NCBI GenBank assembly: GCA_035601655.1 | Contig: DATNNV010000031.1 | Span: 561-64,560 of the forward strand | Origin: Candidatus Dormiibacterota bacterium | GTDB lineage: Bacteria; Acidobacteriota; Terriglobia; Acidiferrales; UBA7541 | Direction of reading: 5' to 3' | DNA: 64,000 bases | Shown: piece after piece, positions 58,250 to 64,000 of the stretch | Layout: the number at the start of each line of letters is the position of its first letter | Numbering within the stretch: the first letter of the stretch is position 1 | Made by a program: the position numbers and the translations under genes | The notes under the pieces: model-generated | The model's database searches: none | Told to the model about the DNA's origin: nothing | Seen by the model: the letters and a program-made list of their open reading frames with translations, nothing else

Positions 58250-59412
58250 GCCGTAACCACCGCAATCAGACGGTCGATATCTTGCTCCGTGTTGTAAAGA
58301 TACGGCGACACGCGAATATTCCCGTCGCGCAAACTCACGATCACATTTTCTTTTCGCAGTTTGTCATACAGTCCCGCAGTCTTTTCTGGCGACCGTGCCG
58401 CGAAGCAGCCGTACGGCCCGCGGTGCGTCGCGTCCAGCGGGCTCGCAATCACGCAACGATCCTTCGGCAGCCGCGCAAAAAGCAAATCGATCAATTTGCG
58501 ATTGTGCGCCGCCACGGTTTCCGCGCCAACACTCGCCGCAAAATCCACTGAAGTGTCCATGGCCACCAGATTGAAATTGAAATAGCTCGCCCATTCCGCC
58601 GCATCCCAACGCTTGGCGCTGGCCGCAGGCTTCGGATCGGCAAAGTTCAGCGCCGCAAAATTGTCCGAGCCTTCCACCGCCATCCAGTAATAAGGGTCCG
58701 GCCGCACCATGGCCAGATGCTCCTGCTTGACCCAGAAAAATCCCGTGCCAAACGGCCCGAGCAGCCATTTATATCCCGCACAAATCAGAAAATCCGCGCC
58801 CAGTTCATTCACGTCCATCGGCACCGCGCCGCAGCTCTGGCTCACGTCCAGCAGCAGCAGCGCCCCTTGCGCATGGCACGCCTTCGCCACCCGCGCCGCA
58901 TCCAGCATCGATCCATCGTTGTAGCGCACATGGCTCACCGAAACCACCCGCGTCCTCGGCGTCATCGCCGCAATCAAGTCCTCCGCCGTAATAAACCGCT
59001 CACGCGCCGCCACCACTTTCAGTTTCAAGCCTTCCCGCTCTTCCATCGGCTTCCACGTCGTGTACTGCAGCGGAAACTCACTCTTCGCGGTGATCACTTC
59101 GTCGCCCGGCTTCCATTGCAGCGCATGCGCCACCGCCGCCGCGCCGCTGCTCGCCCCGCTGGTGACCGCAATCTCCTCAGCCTTCGCGCCGATAATCTTT
59201 GCAATGCCCGCGCGAATCCGCGCCGGCACCTCGAAGAACGTCTCATCTGCCTTGTGATGCGGGAACTTCTTCGCCTCCAGCGCCGCCTGCACCGCTTTCA
59301 GCGACACCTTCGGCATCGGCGACTGCCCCGCCAGATTCAAATACGTCGCGTCCTCAAACTCAAACCACTCCTGCCGCCAATCCGTACGAACCGTAGCCGA
59401 CGCTGTGCTCAT
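58246..59412 (-). CDS. Class V PLP-dependent aminotransferase/lyase
   Basis: YLNLAGQSP, LDVSQSCG, AGYKWLLGP (PLP Lys) and RVSPYLYN. No obvious desulfurase catalytic Cys loop. Confidence 0.85.
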   Translation of the reverse strand: MSTASATVRTDWRQEWFEFEDATYLNLAGQSPMPKVSLKAVQAALEAKKFPHHKADETFFEVPARIRAGIAKIIGAKAEEIAVTSGASSGAAAVAHALQWKPGDEVITAKSEFPLQYTTWKPMEEREGLKLKVVAARERFITAEDLIAAMTPRTRVVSVSHVRYNDGSMLDAARVAKACHAQGALLLLDVSQSCGAVPMDVNELGADFLICAGYKWLLGPFGTGFFWVKQEHLAMVRPDPYYWMAVEGSDNFAALNFADPKPAASAKRWDAAEWASYFNFNLVAMDTSVDFAASVGAETVAAHNRKLIDLLFARLPKDRCVIASPLDATHRGPYGCFAARSPEKTAGLYDKLRKENVIVSLRDGNIRVSPYLYNTEQDIDRLIAVVTA

Positions 59413-59589
59413 CTCCAGCCTCCTGCTCATTCCCGAACACACATAGATTCCCGCCCATACTACCGGTTACAACGGCCAATTTGGAAAATTACCAGCGCGT
59501 AAGGAGATGTGGGGAGCGCTACGGGAGACCTTCATTCTCTTTAGGAGGCGGGGGCTTTCAGCCCCCCACAAAGCCGCGCCCACTCCAGG

Positions 59590-59672
59590 GTCATTCCGAA
59601 CGGAGCAGGCCGACGTTTTTTCTTGCGACTTCGCTCCTGCGAAGTCGTCGGCCAGCGCAGTGAGGAATCTCT
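59590..59672 (+). repeat. GTCATTCCGA...GAGGAATCT-type palindromic repeat with nested hairpin
   Basis: GTCATTCCGAACGGAG ... GGCCGACG ... CGACTTCGC-TCCT-GCGAAGTCG-TCGGCC ... GTGAGGAATCTCT. Confidence 0.55.
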
Positions 59673-59704
59673 CCGGTCTTGGCTCTTGTGTGACAGCCGG
59701 TCGC

Positions 59705-60391
59705 CTAAAAATGCCCGCGCAGTTCGCGGAACGCCGGCAAGATCACCAGCTTGCCGGAACCGGACATGACCGGTTCATGTTCCAGGTGCCACGTGTGCTG
59801 GTGCGGGATGTACACGGCGTTCAGCCCGATCTTCATCGCGGGATTGATATCGCTTCGCGGGCTGTTCCCGATCATCCACCCTTGCGCCTTCACGATCTTG
59901 TGCTTATGCACCAGCGCGCCGTAAGTCTGCGGATCTTTTTCCATTACGATTTCGATGGATTCGAAAAAGCCTTGCAAGCCCGAGCGTTCCACCTTTGCCG
60001 CCTGCTCTGCGGGCTCGCCCTTCGTGAAGAGAATCAGCCGGTGCCGTTCCGTGAGATAAGCAAGCGTTTCCGGCACGCCATCCAGAATTTTCGGCGGCGT
60101 GCGCTCCAGGTCGACCACCCGTTCATGAATCAGCGCAAGAGTCTCCCTCTTGGCCATGTGCTCCGCGAGCTTCAAGTAAGTCTCTTCGAGCGAGCGGCCG
60201 AAGCTCCGCGCCCCATAACCGTATTGCCGAATATTTTTGCGTTCGGTTTCATTGAGCACGTGCCGGATGTACGTCCGTGTGTAGCCGCACGGCTCCACCA
60301 CGCTGATGAAATCCTCGATCAGCTTCTCAAAGAAGACGTTGTTCTCCCACAGCGTGTCGTCCGCATCGATCAGCAGCGTGTGGCGTCGCAT
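59705..60391 (-). CDS. HAD-family hydrolase
   Basis: IDADDTLWEN, FTKG and MIGNSPRSDI. Confidence 0.9.
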   Translation of the reverse strand: MRRHTLLIDADDTLWENNVFFEKLIEDFISVVEPCGYTRTYIRHVLNETERKNIRQYGYGARSFGRSLEETYLKLAEHMAKRETLALIHERVVDLERTPPKILDGVPETLAYLTERHRLILFTKGEPAEQAAKVERSGLQGFFESIEIVMEKDPQTYGALVHKHKIVKAQGWMIGNSPRSDINPAMKIGLNAVYIPHQHTWHLEHEPVMSGSGKLVILPAFRELRGHF

Positions 60392-60420
60392 CGTCCTCGC
60401 TTTCGTACTCTGGTTTTTTC

Positions 60421-60462
60421 CTTTGTAGTGGCGCCCGCCGCTGCGGGCTGCGCCAGAATCGC
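60421..60462 (+). repeat. GTAG-type REP-like family A copy 3
   Basis: CTTTGTAGTGGCGCCCGCCGCTGCGGGCTGCGCCAGAATCGC. Confidence 0.85.
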
Positions 60463-60482
60463 TACGTCGCCGATCCGAACCG

Positions 60483-61661
60483 TCAGTCTACCAGCCCCAG
60501 CGCATCTCCCGCGATCTCAGCCGCCGCTTTGGGCCGTCCCATAGCTCGCGCAGCGTCTCGCATCCTCGCTAGCCGCGGCAAATCATCAAGCAACTTCGCG
60601 ATCTTCCAAGCCGCCGCAGGAAAATTGTTGCACCGGATCGCCGCCCCCTCCTCCAACAAATGGTCCGCATTACGCTCTTCCTGCCCAGGAATCGGCTCGA
60701 TCAACGCCATCGGCAGCCCCCGCGCCAGCGCCTCCGAAGTCGTCAGACCGCCCGCTTTTCCCACCAGCAAATCAGCCGCCGCCATATAACGATCCATTTC
60801 CTGCGTAAAGCCCACCGGAATTAGACGCTGCCCACCGCCCGGCAGCGCCCCAGCACTTTCCGCAAGCTTCGTCATGCGCAGCCGCAACTTCTCCGCCTTC
60901 CCGGCAATGGCCACAATCTGCCACCCTCGCTTCAGATTCAGCAGCGCACCCACGAGTTGTTCCATTGGCCCAACGCCATACCCGCCCGCCGCGACGAGCA
61001 GCACCGTGGCCGCAGGATCCAGCCCGAATTTGCGCCGCACTTCCGCGCGATCCAAAACCGTCGCGAAGACTGGATCGACCGGAATGCCGGTCACGCGAAT
61101 GATTTCGCGCGGCACTCCGACCTGCGCCAGGTATTCCACCGATTCGTCCAACGCCACGTAGTAGCGGTCCACCGCCTTGCATAACCACATGGCGTGCACA
61201 TCGTAGTCGGTAACGACAATGGCACTCCGCGCGCTTAGTTGTTTCTTCGCGGTCAGCCACGCAATAATCTCCGCCGGAAGAAAATGCGTCGCGACGCACA
61301 GGTCCGGCTGCACGCGCTTCAGCAGGCGCACCATCGGCGCCGTATTCAAGCGGTCGAACGCCAGCCGCCGCTTCATGCTTTGCCAGGGCTGATCCGTGCG
61401 GTCGTAGAGTACGCCCATCAGGTTCGGCGCGCGGCGCACCATCGAAATGTAAGCTTTGTCGTAAATGCGCTGGAAGAGTTTGCTCGCGTATTCCATCGCG
61501 TCGATGTGCTCGACAACGCAATCCCCGCGCGCCGTGAAAGCCTTCTCCAGCGCTTGCGCCGCTCGCACGTGCCCGGCTCCGGAAGACGCCGAGAGCAGCA
61601 GCACGCGAGGCTTCCACTTCACCGCGCGCCCCGCCGTTTCACCCAATGGCAGGCTGCGCAA
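60483..61661 (-). CDS. MGDG synthase/UgtP-family glycosyltransferase (GT28)
   Basis: SASSGAGHVRAA, THFLP, VVTDY, TGIPV, KAGGLT and PIPGQEERNA. Confidence 0.9.
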   Translation of the reverse strand: MRSLPLGETAGRAVKWKPRVLLLSASSGAGHVRAAQALEKAFTARGDCVVEHIDAMEYASKLFQRIYDKAYISMVRRAPNLMGVLYDRTDQPWQSMKRRLAFDRLNTAPMVRLLKRVQPDLCVATHFLPAEIIAWLTAKKQLSARSAIVVTDYDVHAMWLCKAVDRYYVALDESVEYLAQVGVPREIIRVTGIPVDPVFATVLDRAEVRRKFGLDPAATVLLVAAGGYGVGPMEQLVGALLNLKRGWQIVAIAGKAEKLRLRMTKLAESAGALPGGGQRLIPVGFTQEMDRYMAAADLLVGKAGGLTTSEALARGLPMALIEPIPGQEERNADHLLEEGAAIRCNNFPAAAWKIAKLLDDLPRLARMRDAARAMGRPKAAAEIAGDALGLVD

Positions 61662-61889
61662 TCAGGACGCCTTGCGCTTGCTCGACGCCAGCTGCTCGAG
61701 AATAGCGCGGCCAAGTTTCTGCAGATCGCCGAAGCGCGTCAGATAATCCTGAAACTCCTGGTTAAGGATTTGCGCTTCCTTCGGTCCCAGTTGCGTGCGC
61801 AGAATCATGTCGCGCAGCTTCACCGGGTGCGGCAGCAGCGCTTCTTCCTGCAGTTCTTCGAGCGCGGTTTTTGCGTCGTAGTGATACAT
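61662..61889 (-). CDS. Small hypothetical protein (75 aa)
   Basis: ATG 61889 after a GGGGA RBS: MYHYDAKTALEELQEEALLPHPVKLRDMILRT...; abuts the glycosyltransferase gene. Confidence 0.7.
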   Translation of the reverse strand: MYHYDAKTALEELQEEALLPHPVKLRDMILRTQLGPKEAQILNQEFQDYLTRFGDLQKLGRAILEQLASSKRKAS

Positions 61890-61998
61890 GGCGTCCCCCG
61901 AAGCGAACGATGCTCTTAGTGGATTGTACTCGGAGAACCACAAGAAGAAAGAAAGGAATCCGCTCGTGCCGGCAACGCTGCCGCCGTCGCTCCCAGCC

Positions 61999-62331
61999 TC
62001 AGGCCGCGGACGCGGCGGGAACAAATTCGTATCGGTTGATTTTTGCCGCGACCCCAATGCGTCCGTTGCCCGTGGGTTCCACGCGGATGATCTGGCCCTG
62101 GCACCGGATGTTGACGTCGCCGTTGGGCGAAACCTGCTGCGGAAGCGTCAGTACAAAATCGATTTCCGTGCCCGGCTCGAATTTGGCGTCGGAAAGAAAA
62201 TACAGGCCCCGGTAGCTGACGTCGCGGGTCTGCCCTTGCAGCTCCTGCTCGTGGCGTTGCCGTGGCAGCACACGCATCGGAAGCGTCATGTTGAAGCGCC
62301 GCGCTTCCCGGCGTTCGGATCCGTCAGACAT
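61999..62331 (-). CDS. PilZ-domain protein
   Basis: RxxxR (ERREARR) and DxSxxG (DVSYRG); GGAGG RBS. Confidence 0.88.
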   Translation of the reverse strand: MSDGSERREARRFNMTLPMRVLPRQRHEQELQGQTRDVSYRGLYFLSDAKFEPGTEIDFVLTLPQQVSPNGDVNIRCQGQIIRVEPTGNGRIGVAAKINRYEFVPAASAA

Positions 62332-62573
62332 CAAGCCTCCGCGTCTTTGCCAACTGGCGCAAAACTATCATCCGCGCACCGCGCTCGCAACGCGAAAATA
62401 CAACAATTTAGACCTAGTACGAGGTTTTGGCAGTTTCAGTACTCGCCCCCTATACTGCACAGGTACTATCCGTTTGCTTGCCGTGGCCTGGCCCACACTG
62501 GCCCCGTGCTGGCCACGTACTGACAACGTGGTGCCCCAAAATATTGGGAGTTAACTTCACCACGAGCGCAACG

Positions 62574-63218
62574 ATGAGCGCAGGACACGATTCGCGCAGC
62601 TTGCGGTTGCAGGGCCCGGCAGGGCCGCTGGAGGCGATTCTGTGGACGCCCGCCGGCGGCGCGCTGCCGCCAAAGGCAGCGGTGGTCTGCCATCCGCATC
62701 CGCTCTTTGGCGGCACCATGCATAACAAGGTGGTGTACCAGGCGGCGAAATCGCTGGACTCGCTCGGGCTCGCGGTGCTGCGCTTCAATTTTCGCGGCGT
62801 GGGAAAAAGCGCCGGCACCCACGATCGCGGAGTGGGCGAGCGAGATGACGTCAGCGCGGCGCTGGATTTTTTGGCGGCGGAATTTGCGGGGGTGCCGCTG
62901 CTAGTGGCGGGATTCAGTTTTGGTTCTGTAACCGGCTTGCTCGTCGGCGGCGTGGATGCGCGCGTTACGGAATTGATCGGACTGGGAATTCCGGTGAACG
63001 GCACCGATTTTTCTTTCCTGGCGGAGTGCACTAAACCGAAGCTTTTTGTGCAGGGCGGGAACGACCAGTACGGTGCGATTGAGAAAACCAGAGAAGTAGT
63101 GGCAGGTTTTCCGGAGCCGAAGCGGCTGGTTGAAATTCCGGACGCGGATCATTTTTTTGCCGGCAAGCTCGACCAAGTGAACACGGCCATCGTCTCGTGG
63201 ATGCGCGAACGCGTTTGA
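62574..63218 (+). CDS. Alpha/beta hydrolase
   Basis: CHPHPLFGGTMHNKVV, RFNFRGVG, GFSFG nucleophile elbow and ADHFF. Confidence 0.9.
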   Translation: MSAGHDSRSLRLQGPAGPLEAILWTPAGGALPPKAAVVCHPHPLFGGTMHNKVVYQAAKSLDSLGLAVLRFNFRGVGKSAGTHDRGVGERDDVSAALDFLAAEFAGVPLLVAGFSFGSVTGLLVGGVDARVTELIGLGIPVNGTDFSFLAECTKPKLFVQGGNDQYGAIEKTREVVAGFPEPKRLVEIPDADHFFAGKLDQVNTAIVSWMRERV

Positions 63219-63239
63219 CGCACCGAGCGGAATGCGGAA

Positions 63240-64000
63240 TCACGCGGATTCGCCCCGCGCGAACAGCTTGCTGAATTGATCGACGCTGGCTGGCGCGATG
63301 TTGACGAGACGCGCGTTGGCGCGCACGTGGTCGACGCGGGACATTCCCACCAGCGCCGTGGTGATTCCCGGAGACGAGCGCACGAATTGCAGCGCGCGTT
63401 CGGCGTCATCTTCGAGTCCGAAAGCTTCGGCGACGAAGGCCGGAAGATTGCGCGCCACCTGCCCTTGCAGCAGGGAAGCGCTGGCGATCAGCGTGATGTC
63501 CAGCTCGCTGGCCGCTTCCATCACCGTTTTCAATTGTCCTTTGACCGATTGATTGCCCAGGGTCAGCGCTTCCGTCATCCCAAGATTGAAAGGAAGCTGC
63601 ACGAAGCGGAAACGATGCGTGCCTCCGGCTAGCTGGTGCGCAATCTCTTCAATTTCCGCGAGCTGCATGGAGTCGCGGGCATGCGCGTCCTGGCGGAAAC
63701 CGTTCCAGGTGGCCATGCCGTAGAACTGGATTTTGCCTCGCAGCGCGGCGGATTCAAGAAACTCGAAGGCGTCGCGGACGCGCTTCAGAAAATCCGGCTT
63801 GGAAATCTCCGCCAGCTGCGTTTCCGGATTGTGCAGGTAGTAGACGTCGAGGCAATCGACGCCCAGATTGCGCAGGCTGCGGTCCAGCTGATTCTCCAGG
63901 AAGCGCGGCGTCATGCAGTGGCTGCCCGCGACGATATCTTTTGCGGTGAAGATTCCGGGCTGCATGTATTCGCGAAAAAAATATTCGTTGGCATCGGCGG
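63240..64000 (-). CDS. Aldo/keto reductase (5' end outside window)
   Basis: SLRNLGVDCLDVYYLHNPE, QLPFNL and ALVGMS. Confidence 0.88.
   Translation of the reverse strand, partial: ADANEYFFREYMQPGIFTAKDIVAGSHCMTPRFLENQLDRSLRNLGVDCLDVYYLHNPETQLAEISKPDFLKRVRDAFEFLESAALRGKIQFYGMATWNGFRQDAHARDSMQLAEIEEIAHQLAGGTHRFRFVQLPFNLGMTEALTLGNQSVKGQLKTVMEAASELDITLIASASLLQGQVARNLPAFVAEAFGLEDDAERALQFVRSSPGITTALVGMSRVDHVRANARLVNIAPASVDQFSKLFARGESA

Overview
High-GC bacterial chromosomal segment. Its gene repertoire (Oar-type TonB-dependent receptor, BNR/VPS10 protein, DUF4097 proteins, several ECF sigma/anti-sigma pairs) suggests Acidobacteriota; this is an inference. Most of the window is housekeeping or envelope genes: surE, tRNA-Pro(GGG), der, a DinG-family helicase, queDEC, recG, rsmD and panE. 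The standout is a complete, terminator-bounded lasso-peptide-type RiPP cluster at about 27.9-35.9 kb. It has a divergent ABC-2 exporter, RRE (B1), leader peptidase (B2) and AsnB-like cyclase (C). It also has a 51-aa precursor at 32296-32451 that the ORF track misses, plus three tailoring enzymes: an HPr-kinase-like kinase, a methyltransferase with a PRMT-like fold and a PqqD/RRE-like tail, and a nucleotidyltransferase. The predicted core, ARSTKPSSKDGATMGVKRKTGR, is strongly cationic, has its only acidic residue at position 10 (canonical rings are 7-9 residues) and lacks the C-terminal Ser used by known lasso kinases. Other signals are several REP-like palindrome families, an AT-rich repeat element at 19.8-20.2 kb, block-wise flips in strand skew, a probable islet between recG and rsmD, and an internally duplicated giant CPBP protease. 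All calls come from reading motifs by eye; no database searches were run.
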